Shown: in pieces, positions 7,948 through 15,475 of the stretch
How positions within the stretch are numbered: position 1 is the first letter of the stretch
Layout: each line of letters begins with the position of its first letter
DNA from: a virus
Reading direction: 5' to 3' (one strand)
IMG/VR virus record: IMGVR_UViG_3300045988_122518
Length of the DNA: 46,683 bases
Notes under the pieces: generated by a model
Told to the model about the DNA's origin: nothing
Seen by the model: only the letters and a program-made list of their open reading frames with translations
Database searches by the model: none
Program-made: the position numbers and the translations under genes

Positions 7948-8170
7948 AGTTATTTTGCCTATTGACAAAAATCCAATAGTGTGATAAAATGACCGGCCGT
8001 TCGCGCCTGCCACGGCCGGAAATTCCATTATACCACCATCTCAGCAATTTGTCAATAGGAAATTTAGCCAAAAGTCCAACTAATTATTTTCCTGAATTTG
8101 GGTATTTTACCAATAGACAAGAATGTAATAATCTGCTATACTATGGATACAGTAAAGAAAGGGGATACAA
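7948..8170. repeat. Intergenic module copy C (P1 7962-7990; GC hairpin 7993-8019; minus promoter 8027-8055; P2 8114-8142)
   Basis: All three promoters have consensus hexamers with exact 17-bp spacers. Confidence 0.7.
8027..8055 (-). promoter_or_regulatory. Minus-strand promoter in module C (TTGACA = rc 8050-8055; TATAAT = rc 8027-8032)
   Basis: Reverse complement reads cctatTGACAaattgctgagatggtggTATAATgg. Confidence 0.5.
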
Positions 8171-8173
8171 ACA

Positions 8174-8437
8174 ATGTATTACACTCACGATTTTTCTACT
8201 GAAAAGTTCTCCACTCGCGAAGAATGTGCGGAAGAGCTTCTTTCTTCTATGGATTCTCTTGATATTTCAGAATTCCTTGCTCAGCGCGTTAGTCTCAGCG
8301 ACATTATTGATGAACGCGCGACCCGCGACCCCGAGGATTTTTATGACTGGTTGGATAGGGAAATTGAGATTGCAACTAATGCTTATCTCAACTATCATAT
8401 CAACGAATACGCGGGCCACTTGGAGGATTTAGAATGA
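8174..8437 (+). CDS. Acidic ORFan protein (87 aa)
   Basis: RBS aaagaaaggggatacaaacaATG. Confidence 0.55.
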   Translation: MYYTHDFSTEKFSTREECAEELLSSMDSLDISEFLAQRVSLSDIIDERATRDPEDFYDWLDREIEIATNAYLNYHINEYAGHLEDLE

Positions 8438-8556
8438 TTATTTTAATCGGCATTTTCGGCCTCGTTTTTGGCTTTATTTTTGCCTATTCCTGTGAAAAGT
8501 CTCGGGTGGGACTCTTTCAATATCGTCTACGCTATTCCTGTGCTGATTTTGCTTAA
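8434..8556 (+). CDS. 40-aa membrane mini-protein
   Basis: ATGA start/stop overlap with the upstream gene. Hydrophobic IILIGIFGLVFGFIFA. Confidence 0.35.
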   Translation: MIILIGIFGLVFGFIFAYSCEKSRVGLFQYRLRYSCADFA

Positions 8557-8584
8557 TTTCTTATCTTTTAAGGGGTAAAATAGT

Positions 8585-8716
8585 ATGTCATTTTGTGAAA
8601 GTTTTAATTGTGGCTATTACTATAAAGGTGAAAATGATGAATTCGCCTGTTGCCACTGTGAAAGCCCCATCGCGCCTTGTGAAGAAGAAGACGAAAATTA
8701 TGAAGAAGAAAATTGA
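8585..8716 (+). CDS. 43-aa Cys-rich acidic mini-protein
   Basis: RBS aaggggtaaaatagtATG. CxxC motifs. Confidence 0.3.
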   Translation: MSFCESFNCGYYYKGENDEFACCHCESPIAPCEEEDENYEEEN

Positions 8717-8786
8717 AAAAAACTCTTGACAAATCCAAAAGTATCTGATATACTATGGGTATAGTAAAGGAAAGGGGTAAACACCT

Positions 8787-9080
8787 ATGAGTAAACCGAA
8801 AACTTATGAGTATGAGGGAAGAACCTTTGAGGTCAAGGCATACAGCGGAGATGAGTATGGGGCTTTCTTATTCATCTATGTTTATGAAGTTATCCACCCT
8901 AACCGCAAATTCTTTGGTCGAACTCGGCTCTTTTGCGAAGATTTTATTCTTCTCGACCAATATCTTTCTATTGATGACGCGGTAAAAGATGTCATCGCAC
9001 GGGGTCTTTGGCAGGAAGAATATAAAAAGTTTGCCAAAGATAAATGGAAAGAATGGATAAATAAAGCGGGAAATTGCTAA
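8787..9080 (+). CDS. ORFan protein (97 aa)
   Basis: Promoter ctcTTGACAaatccaaaagtatctgaTATACT. RBS aaaggaaaggggtaaacacctATG. Confidence 0.55.
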   Translation: MSKPKTYEYEGRTFEVKAYSGDEYGAFLFIYVYEVIHPNRKFFGRTRLFCEDFILLDQYLSIDDAVKDVIARGLWQEEYKKFAKDKWKEWINKAGNC

Positions 9081-9148
9081 AATTTTTCTTGACAACCGCG
9101 CAGATGTATGGTATAATACAAATACAGTAAAGGAAAGGGGTAATACCT

Positions 9149-9649
9149 ATGAAAATCACTTACATCAAGTCCCACGTTGTGGCCACTCGACGTTCCATCA
9201 ACTTTGACATGGACGGCACTATCGCTGACCTCTACGGCGTCAAGGATTGGCTCGCGCTTCTCCGTTCGGAAAATCCTAAGCCCTATCGAACTGCCGTTCC
9301 CATGTGCGACATGGCTGAATTGAATGAGGTTTGCGAACTTCTCCGCGCCGAGGGCTGGGAAATCAATATCATCACTTGGCTCTCTAAGGATTCGAGCGAG
9401 GAATATAAAAACCTCGTGCGTGAAGCAAAGCGCGCTTGGCTTGAAGAGCAGGGCTTCCACTATGACCACTTCCACGGCGTCCAGTATGGCGCGACTAAGG
9501 CCGACAGCGTGCGCGACCGCTATGACGTGTCCATCTTGGTTGACGATAATGAAAAGGTTCGGAATGGTTGGCATTTGGGTGAAACTATTGACCCGACCGC
9601 AGTAAACATTATCGAAAAACTTTCGGAACTTTTGGAGAAAAGGGCTTGA
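9149..9649 (+). CDS. HAD-superfamily phosphatase, likely a 5'(3')-deoxyribonucleotidase (NT5C-like) (166 aa)
   Basis: Motif I FDMDGTIAD (DxDGT) sits near the N-terminus, the usual position in NT5C-type phage nucleotidases. Promoter tcTTGACAaccgcgcagatgtatggTATAAT. Confidence 0.5.
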   Translation: MKITYIKSHVVATRRSINFDMDGTIADLYGVKDWLALLRSENPKPYRTAVPMCDMAELNEVCELLRAEGWEINIITWLSKDSSEEYKNLVREAKRAWLEEQGFHYDHFHGVQYGATKADSVRDRYDVSILVDDNEKVRNGWHLGETIDPTAVNIIEKLSELLEKRA

Positions 9650-9703
9650 CAAAGCCCTACTCCAATGGTATAATAAATGTATCAAATGAAAGGGGAAAAT
9701 AAA

Positions 9704-9910
9704 ATGTTTGTTCTTTTGATTCTGCTGTCTCTCGCAATTTCGTTCCTGCTTACCTCTGGTCTGGTTTGGCTTCTCTGTTGGCTTCTTCCCGCCCTCGGTA
9801 TTACCGCAATCGGCACTTTCGTCATCGTGTTCTCGTGGAAGCTGGCACTCGCAATTTGGATTATTCTCGTGCTTTTGCAGTCCATCTTCTCGGTCGGTTC
9901 AAAGGGGTGA
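9704..9910 (+). CDS. Small integral membrane protein (68 aa)
   Basis: Promoter gggcTTGACAaagccctactccaatggTATAAT, a terminator/promoter hairpin. Two TM helices. Confidence 0.5.
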   Translation: MFVLLILLSLAISFLLTSGLVWLLCWLLPALGITAIGTFVIVFSWKLALAIWIILVLLQSIFSVGSKG

Positions 9911-9915
9911 TAAAA

Positions 9916-10059
9916 ATGATGCCTTATTTTTGGGTTGATGTTGGAATCATCGGAAAAGTAGTTGAAAAGATTGATGACGACCTTTTCATCTATGAAACTG
10001 TTATCACCAAAGAACGCGCGACCGTGACCGCAAAATGGGTCAAGGAACATCTGCTTTAA
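9916..10059 (+). CDS. 47-aa mini-protein
   Basis: RBS aaaggggtgataaaaATG. Confidence 0.35.
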   Translation: MMPYFWVDVGIIGKVVEKIDDDLFIYETVITKERATVTAKWVKEHLL

Positions 10060-10075
10060 GAGAGGAGAAATAAAA

Positions 10076-10333
10076 ATGAAAGTAAATTTTGGCACTAAGG
10101 GTCAGCTCCAAATTATCAACATTCTCAGCGGTGGCACGTTCACCACTCTGCGCTCTAACGGTAGCGGTATGGGAATGTATCTCAAAATTGACAGCAACAA
10201 CAACACGCCGTTTGTCCGGTCGAGAGGTTCGCAGTATTGCTACGCGGTGAATCTTGAAACGGGTCAGGTTCGCGAATTCTCGCGCGACAAGATGGTAACG
10301 CCTGTCAGAACCGAAGTCAGTGTGATTGGCTAA
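10076..10333 (+). CDS. ORFan protein (85 aa)
   Basis: RBS agaggagaaataaaaATG. A bidirectional terminator follows at 10338-10368. Confidence 0.55.
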   Translation: MKVNFGTKGQLQIINILSGGTFTTLRSNGSGMGMYLKIDSNNNTPFVRSRGSQYCYAVNLETGQVREFSRDKMVTPVRTEVSVIG

Positions 10334-10367
10334 AAGAAAATCTCCCCAAAAATGGGGAGATTTTTTT

Positions 10368-10570
10368 GTTTACTTTGACTATTGACAAAATCATTTGAAT
10401 GTGATATAATGGGCCGGCCGTTTCCGCGCGCTACGGCCGGAATTTACCATTATACACCCTGCCAGCATTTTTGTCAAGAGAAATTTCGCACAAATTTCAA
10501 TTTTATTTTTTCCCGTTATTTAGCTATTTTACTAATAGACAAATCAGTATCAATCTGCTATACTACATAA
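10368..10570. repeat. Intergenic module copy D (P1 10382-10410; GC hairpin 10412-10440; minus promoter 10449-10477; TTTCGCACAAA box 10484-10494; P2 10536-10564)
   Basis: Best-preserved copy. All spacers are exactly 17 bp. Confidence 0.75.
10449..10477 (-). promoter_or_regulatory. Minus-strand promoter in module D (TTGACA = rc 10472-10477; TGTATAAT = rc 10449-10456)
   Basis: Face-to-face with P1 (-10 at 10405-10410), about 40 bp away with the GC hairpin between. The predicted leftward transcript of roughly 110 nt would end at the bidirectional terminator 10338-10368. Confidence 0.5.
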
Positions 10571-10756
10571 TGTCAGGAGGAAAGAGTAAGACCTGCGGAA
10601 AGGCAGTTCCCTTGACCATCATACCAGAAGCCGACACAAGGAATGTTCCAAGCGTGGCGTGCCGAACAAACTTTCAAAAAAAGTTTGAAAAACCCCTTGA
10701 CAAACCGCTCGACCTATGGTATAATGAATACATCAAATATGAGAGGTAAAAACAAA

Positions 10757-10796
10757 ATGATTTCTGATGCTCGCCCACCGCCTTAAAAACTAATGG
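10757..10796 (+). CDS. Possible 12-aa leader peptide MISDARPPP* (polyproline then stop)
   Basis: Canonical early promoter (ccccTTGACAaaccgctcgacctatggTATAAT) and RBS gagaggtaaaaacaaaATG. Followed by a second mini-ORF MYSNKPRDRP* at 10849-10881. Confidence 0.2.
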
Positions 10797-10979
10797 CTTA
10801 TTGAATTGGATTGGTTTATGAGTATAGATAAAGGTAGGTATAAACAAGATGTATAGTAATAAACCTCGCGACCGCCCCTAAAAAAATTTGCAAAAACTAT
10901 TGACAACCTGCTTCGCCTATGATATAATAACTACATCAAAGACAAGGACAGTCTTAAAAACCAGAAAGGAATTGATACT

Positions 10980-11360
10980 ATGGCTACTTCTACTTCTACC
11001 ACTAAGAAGCTCACCAAGCGCGACCGTTTCGAGGCTCTGCTTAAAATGAGCGAGGTTCAGGCAAATCCTGACATGGTGGCGTTCATTGAGCATGAGATTG
11101 AACTGCTCGCCAAGAAGAACGCGGGCGACAAGAAGCCCACGGCCAAGCAGATGGAGAATGACGCCGTGAAGCAGGTCATTCTGGACGAGATGACCGCGAA
11201 TCCCGACAAGCTGTATACCGTAACCGACCTCATCAAGGGCGTTCCCGAGCTTGCGGACTACTCCAACCAGCGCGTTTCCGCTCTTCTGCGTCAGATGATT
11301 GACGCGGGTGCGGTTGTCAAGACGGTTGACAAGCGCAAGTCCTACTTCTCCCTCGCGTAA
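10980..11360 (+). CDS. Paralog A of a three-member family, possibly a winged-helix DNA-binding protein (126 aa)
   Basis: Promoter ctaTTGACAacctgcttcgcctatgaTATAAT. Shares TKKLTKRDRFEALLK..EHEIELL..KKNAGDKKPTA..QRVSALLRQMI..KRKSYF with 13540-13917, and the core FxEHEIELLxKK with 34343-34759. Confidence 0.55.
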   Translation: MATSTSTTKKLTKRDRFEALLKMSEVQANPDMVAFIEHEIELLAKKNAGDKKPTAKQMENDAVKQVILDEMTANPDKLYTVTDLIKGVPELADYSNQRVSALLRQMIDAGAVVKTVDKRKSYFSLA

Positions 11361-11449
11361 AGGGAAAAGGGCAGGGGATAAAAAAAATCCCCTGCCCTAC
11401 AAAAAAAACTGTTGACAAACCAATAGCAAGGTGCTATACTATTATTAGA

Positions 11450-11478
11450 GGTTGAGAGAACGATGGTAAACCTCAATC
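11450..11478 (+). ncRNA. Conserved 5'-UTR hairpin element ggttgagagaacgatggtaaacctcaatc (copy 1)
   Basis: Identical 29-mer at 14499-14527. Stem gaggtt/aacctc with a 16-nt loop, sitting between a promoter and the start codon. Confidence 0.4.
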
Positions 11479-11503
11479 TACTTTTCCAATAGGAGACGAT
11501 AAG

Positions 11504-12280
11504 ATGGGTATTGATAAGCGCAAAAACTACGGCATTATGCTGGACACGGAAACCGCAAACACCATTCAGGACGGCGATAAGCTGGATATGTCAAATGTGC
11601 TTCCCTATGACTTCGGCTGGGCGGTCATTGATTCCAAGGGAAATGTTTATGAAACTCATTCCTTTGTGAATCGCGACATTTTCTGCTACGAGCGTGACCT
11701 CATGCAGTCCGCATACTATGCCGATAAGATTCCCCGCTACATTGAGGACATTCAAAACGGCACTCGCATTATGGCTGACCTTTACGAAATTCGTCTTGCG
11801 TTCTGCGAATGTGTCGAGCGCTACAACTGCTCTTTTGTCTGTGCTCATAATATGCGGTTCGACCTTAACGCCTGCAACAACGCGCAAAGATGGGACACGA
11901 AAAGCAAGTATCGCTATTTCTTCCCCTACGACCTTGAAATTTGGGACACGTTGAAAATGGCGCGTCAGGTTATCGGCAAGATGCCTACTTACCGCGACTA
12001 TTGCGAAAAGAACGGCTATAAAACCAAGAACGGACAGCTCCGTTTCACCGCAGAAATTCTCTATCGCTTTATCAGCGGTGAGGACAGCTTTGATGAATCC
12101 CACACGGGACTTGAAGATGTTCTCATTGAAGTTGAGATTCTGCGCTATTGCGTCCGACAGCACAAGGAAATGGACAAGTCCCTTTTCAAAACTCCCACGG
12201 TGAAGCGCCCCAAGCCTACCGAGTTTCAGCGCGCGCTCATGCGAAACATTAAGGAAAATCCCGTTGTAAACATGAGCTAA
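11504..12280 (+). CDS. DEDDh-family 3'-5' exonuclease (DnaQ/RNase T-like) (258 aa)
   Basis: Exo I motif IMLDTETAN (D-x-E). Exo III-like motif ESHTGLEDVLIE (H-x4-D). Promoter ctgTTGACAaaccaatagcaaggtgcTATACT. Confidence 0.5.
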   Translation: MGIDKRKNYGIMLDTETANTIQDGDKLDMSNVLPYDFGWAVIDSKGNVYETHSFVNRDIFCYERDLMQSAYYADKIPRYIEDIQNGTRIMADLYEIRLAFCECVERYNCSFVCAHNMRFDLNACNNAQRWDTKSKYRYFFPYDLEIWDTLKMARQVIGKMPTYRDYCEKNGYKTKNGQLRFTAEILYRFISGEDSFDESHTGLEDVLIEVEILRYCVRQHKEMDKSLFKTPTVKRPKPTEFQRALMRNIKENPVVNMS

Positions 12281-12357
12281 AAAAAATAGGGAATAGGGCT
12301 TGACAAGTCCTATTCCCTATGGTATAATCAATATATCAAATGAAAGAGGTGTTTCAC

Positions 12358-12636
12358 ATGAACGCTAAACAAGTCCTTTTTGTAGTCCCTGATGACAATG
12401 ACCCTCACATGGGCATTTTAATCGACCATGACTATATTATCTGCGCCGAGTGCGGTGGCGTCTTTGAAGCCGATGAAGTTTTCATTATTCAGACCTACGA
12501 CTCTTGGGTAAACTTTGAAGCCGAGATTGCGGACGAGCTTGACCTACTGACCGCAAAAGACATTGGCAAGAAGTTAGACCGCGAGGAAAAATTCGGCTGG
12601 GACGCATGGAAAGAAGCAATTAAAGGGGAGTTTTGA
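12358..12636 (+). CDS. ORFan protein with a CxxC motif (92 aa)
   Basis: Promoter gggcTTGACAagtcctattccctatggTATAAT. RBS gaaagagg. Start at 12358 rather than the track start at 12340. Confidence 0.5.
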   Translation: MNAKQVLFVVPDDNDPHMGILIDHDYIICAECGGVFEADEVFIIQTYDSWVNFEAEIADELDLLTAKDIGKKLDREEKFGWDAWKEAIKGEF

Positions 12637-12638
12637 AA

Positions 12639-12878
12639 ATGGATTTAGATTTGAATTACATGACCGACGAGGAACTGGACGAACTCATTATCCAGATACA
12701 GGAAGCCAGAAAAGCCCGCGAAGAAAGCCGAAAGACTGACCTTTGGAGAAGTGTTCAGCGGGCGGTGCAGACTTACGTCATGGAATGTGGAATGATTGAA
12801 CTCTTTACCGAGGATTACAATTCCACGCTGGATGCTGATTCTTTCAGAATTCCCGGCGAGATTAACCTGCTGGACTAA
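12639..12878 (+). CDS. Acidic ORFan protein (79 aa)
   Basis: RBS aaaggggag 8 nt upstream. Terminator at 12885-12912. Confidence 0.5.
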   Translation: MDLDLNYMTDEELDELIIQIQEARKAREESRKTDLWRSVQRAVQTYVMECGMIELFTEDYNSTLDADSFRIPGEINLLD

Positions 12879-12912
12879 ATAAAAAACTGCCCAAAAATGG
12901 GCAGTTTTTTTT

Positions 12913-13110
12913 GTCTATTTTGCCTATTGACAAACGCGGATTTTTGTGATAAAATGGCCGGCCCGCCAACGCCCAAAGCGGGCCGAATTCACCATTATAC
13001 CACGCCCCGCCAATTTTGTCAAGAGAAAAGTTGCACAAAAGTGAAGAAAATTTTTTCCCGTAATTTGGTTATTTTGTCAATTGCAATCTGTGGGCAATCT
13101 GCTATAATAG
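12913..13110. repeat. Intergenic module copy E (P1 12927-12955; GC hairpin 12959-12985; minus promoter 12994-13022; box aaagttgcacaaaa; P2 -10 13103-13108)
   Basis: Same ordered blocks as copy D. Confidence 0.7.
12994..13022 (-). promoter_or_regulatory. Minus-strand promoter in module E (TTGACA = rc 13017-13022; TATAAT = rc 12994-12999)
   Basis: Reverse complement reads ctcTTGACAaaattggcggggcgtggTATAATgg. Confidence 0.5.
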
Positions 13111-13440
13111 ATAATGTCAAGAGGGAAACGGCTCAATGAGGGTCGCTCCCATCAGGATTAAGCCGAAAAAATTTCAAAGAAATTTGAAATTCCCTCTTGA
13201 CAAATCCCAGCGAGTGTGCTACAATAGAAAATGTCAAGAGGGAGTAGCCCAAGAAATCCGAGGGCGCGCGACCTTGAGAAAGTATAGGAAGTAAACATAA
13301 TACACCACGTTGTAAAGCCAAACGTTGAACGTGAAAGTGAGTTTGATTGAACCAACTATCCTTGACGCGGTTTTCCGCTGACAAATAGATTGAATCAACA
13401 AACAATAAATTATCCGTCAGGTCGGGGTAGTAATTCGTGT
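13110..13440 (+). ncRNA. Promoter-driven stretch of about 330 nt with no convincing ORF; candidate non-coding RNA or leader
   Basis: Three tandem sigma70-like promoters at about 13081-13108, 13199-13228 and 13450-13478. Each is followed by the leader aatgtcaagaggga. The only ORFs here run through promoters or lie antisense. Confidence 0.25.
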
Positions 13441-13539
13441 GAAAAGTTTGCGAAACCTCTTGACAAGTACTCTAAAGTGTGGTATACTCAATAATATCAA
13501 AAGGGTAGCGACCTACCGCCAAAGAAAGGAATTGATACC

Positions 13540-13917
13540 ATGTCTACTTCTACTGTTAAGAAGCTCACCAAGCGCGACCGTTTCGAGGCTCTGCTCAAAC
13601 TGTCCGAGGTTCAGGCTGACCCCGCCATGGTTGAGTTTATCAACCACGAAATCGACCTGCTGTCCCGCAAGAACGCGGGGGACAAGAAGCCGACCGCGAA
13701 TCAGATTGCCAACGACGGCTACAAGGACATTATCTTTGCTGAGCTGTCCGCGAATCCTGACAAGCTCTACACCGTGACCGAACTCATCAAGAACGTGGAC
13801 GGTCTGGGCGACCTCACCAACCAGCGCGTTTCCGCTCTTCTGCGTCAGATGATTGAAGCGAACGGCGTCGAGAAGATTGTGGACAAGCGCAAGTCCTACT
13901 TCCGTCTCGCCCACTGA
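13540..13917 (+). CDS. Paralog B of the three-member family (125 aa)
   Basis: About 65% identical to 10980-11360. Terminator gggggagcgcctga..tcaggcgctccc at 13921-13960. Confidence 0.55.
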   Translation: MSTSTVKKLTKRDRFEALLKLSEVQADPAMVEFINHEIDLLSRKNAGDKKPTANQIANDGYKDIIFAELSANPDKLYTVTELIKNVDGLGDLTNQRVSALLRQMIEANGVEKIVDKRKSYFRLAH

Positions 13918-14017
13918 TTCAGGGGGAGCGCCTGAAAAAAATCAGGCGCTCCCAAAAATTTCTCTTGACATTTGCTAACGGCGGTGTTATAATCATACTT
14001 GAAAGGGGGCAAAAGAA

Positions 14018-14425
14018 ATGCCTAAAATGAGTGAAAAAGACTTTCAGGCAAAGATTGATAATCTAATGAAAAAGTTAGATTGTACTGCCGAGGAAGCAAA
14101 AGAAATTCTCATGGACGATGATGACATTGACCATGGAATCGCCAAGGACTTTGACCTGTCCGCGGAAAAGCTCAAAGAAGCTAACAAGTATTCTAAAACC
14201 GGAACACGCAAAGCGCCGACCGCTTATAAGTTTGAGAAGCGACAGCGCAAGGAAAACCCCACAAAGCGCTCGATTATCGCTGAACTTGCAACTTTTTTGC
14301 GTGAAAACAGCGAAAATGCGTGCGAAAATGTGGAAATCACGAACATTGAACGCATGATTGCGTTCCATGTGGGCGAAAATGACTATGAATTGACCCTGAT
14401 TCAGAAGCGAAAGCCCAAAAATTGA
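14018..14425 (+). CDS. Acidic/basic ORFan protein (135 aa)
   Basis: Promoter ctcTTGACAtttgctaacggcggtgtTATAAT. RBS aaagggggcaaaagaaATG. Terminator at 14434-14472. Confidence 0.55.
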   Translation: MPKMSEKDFQAKIDNLMKKLDCTAEEAKEILMDDDDIDHGIAKDFDLSAEKLKEANKYSKTGTRKAPTAYKFEKRQRKENPTKRSIIAELATFLRENSENACENVEITNIERMIAFHVGENDYELTLIQKRKPKN

Positions 14426-14498
14426 CAAAAAAGGGTGAAAAACCGCTGAAAAATGCGGTTTTTCACCCAAAAACAAGTCAAAAAATGCAAAAAATAAT

Positions 14499-14527
14499 GG
14501 TTGAGAGAACGATGGTAAACCTCAATC
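14499..14527 (+). ncRNA. Conserved 5'-UTR hairpin element (copy 2 of ggttgagagaacgatggtaaacctcaatc)
   Basis: Identical to 11450-11478. Located 20 nt upstream of the start at 14549. Confidence 0.4.
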
Positions 14528-14548
14528 AATAGAGAGGATTTTGTGCCG

Positions 14549-14959
14549 ATGGAAGAAATTACTATTAAGCTACGCCGATTTAAGGACGGCAGACCGCCCG
14601 TTTCAATGGAGTTTATGCCTAATTGTGGCGAGAATCTGAAAGACGTTCAAGCGGTCTACTTTTTCAAGTTTTACAACAACAACAAACTTGAATTTAACAA
14701 GGTAGGCACTTCCGCAAAAGACGTTGTAGGGCGTTTGCGTGATGAAATCGGTGAGTATGCAAAAAAGTATGCTATCACGCGCGTTGAAATTCATCGAATT
14801 CGTTCTTGCGGGGACTCCCCCGCCGAGGGCGCGGAAAGCGCGTTGCGTGCGGAACTGATTAGACGCTACCCCAAAGCGTTTCGCAAGAATGACCGCTTTT
14901 TTAACGTGGACATTAACCCCACGGTTTTCGATGAAATTGTAAACGCATTTCTTGCATAA
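14549..14959 (+). CDS. ORFan protein (136 aa) with a weak GIY-YIG-like N-terminal pattern
   Basis: RBS agagagga. The start could also be GTG 14543. The pattern AVYFFKF..KLEFNKVGTS..GRLRDE loosely resembles GIY..YIG..R..E, which is weak evidence. Terminator at 14966-15004. Confidence 0.4.
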   Translation: MEEITIKLRRFKDGRPPVSMEFMPNCGENLKDVQAVYFFKFYNNNKLEFNKVGTSAKDVVGRLRDEIGEYAKKYAITRVEIHRIRSCGDSPAEGAESALRAELIRRYPKAFRKNDRFFNVDINPTVFDEIVNAFLA

Positions 14960-15003
14960 ATATTCAATCAGCAGGTTGACTAAAACCTGCTGATTTTTTT
15001 TTG

Positions 15004-15100
15004 TGCATTTTGCCTATTGACACCGATCGGAAAATGTGGTATAATGGACCGCCCGATCACTGACGCTCCGGGCGGAATTTCGGAATAATTATAGGTTTAG
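15004..15100. repeat. Intergenic module copy F (P1 TTGACA 15017-15022 / TGgTATAAT 15037-15045; GC hairpin 15049-15075; degenerate downstream blocks)
   Basis: Retains aatttcggaataattatagg and tttgtgcgaaaa, but the minus-strand -35 is degenerate. Confidence 0.55.
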
Positions 15101-15414
15101 CAAATTTTGTGCGAAAAAAGTGTTTAAAATAGACTCAGACTAAAATCCCGGAATGCTCAGTCTATTTGGCCGGCTCGCGGTGGGACGCTGCGAGCCGATT
15201 TCCCGATCGGTATACCCATATGCAAAATTTCTCATACTTCTAGCACCTCTCCATATGGCCCAAAAAAATCCCGAAAATTGACTTTTTATAAAAAATATGT
15301 TATAATGGTAAAAAAGACTTTTTTAAGCCCGCGTAGGATCATATGCCTTTATGATTAATTAAAAATTGCTTCGCCCTTACATTGTTTCACGCGTATGTTT
15401 TCATTTAAAAAAAT

Positions 15415-15444
15415 CTTGACATTTTTAAAAAAAAAGTATATAAT
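15415..15444 (+). promoter_or_regulatory. First class-2 (AT-rich) promoter: TTGACA, tttttaaaaaaaaagta spacer, TATAAT, then conserved leader atatatagaaaataagaaaagagg
   Basis: Marks the shift from the GC-richer early region to the AT-rich region. The same roughly 60-nt promoter and leader recurs at least 14 more times downstream. Confidence 0.55.
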
Positions 15445-15475
15445 ATATATAGAAAATAAGAAAAGAGGTATTCAT

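Noticed and set aside
9077-9685. 202-aa minus-strand ORF opposite the HAD phosphatase gene
   Set aside because: The plus-strand gene has a clear HAD motif I, a promoter and an RBS. The antisense ORF is a GC3-driven shadow ORF.
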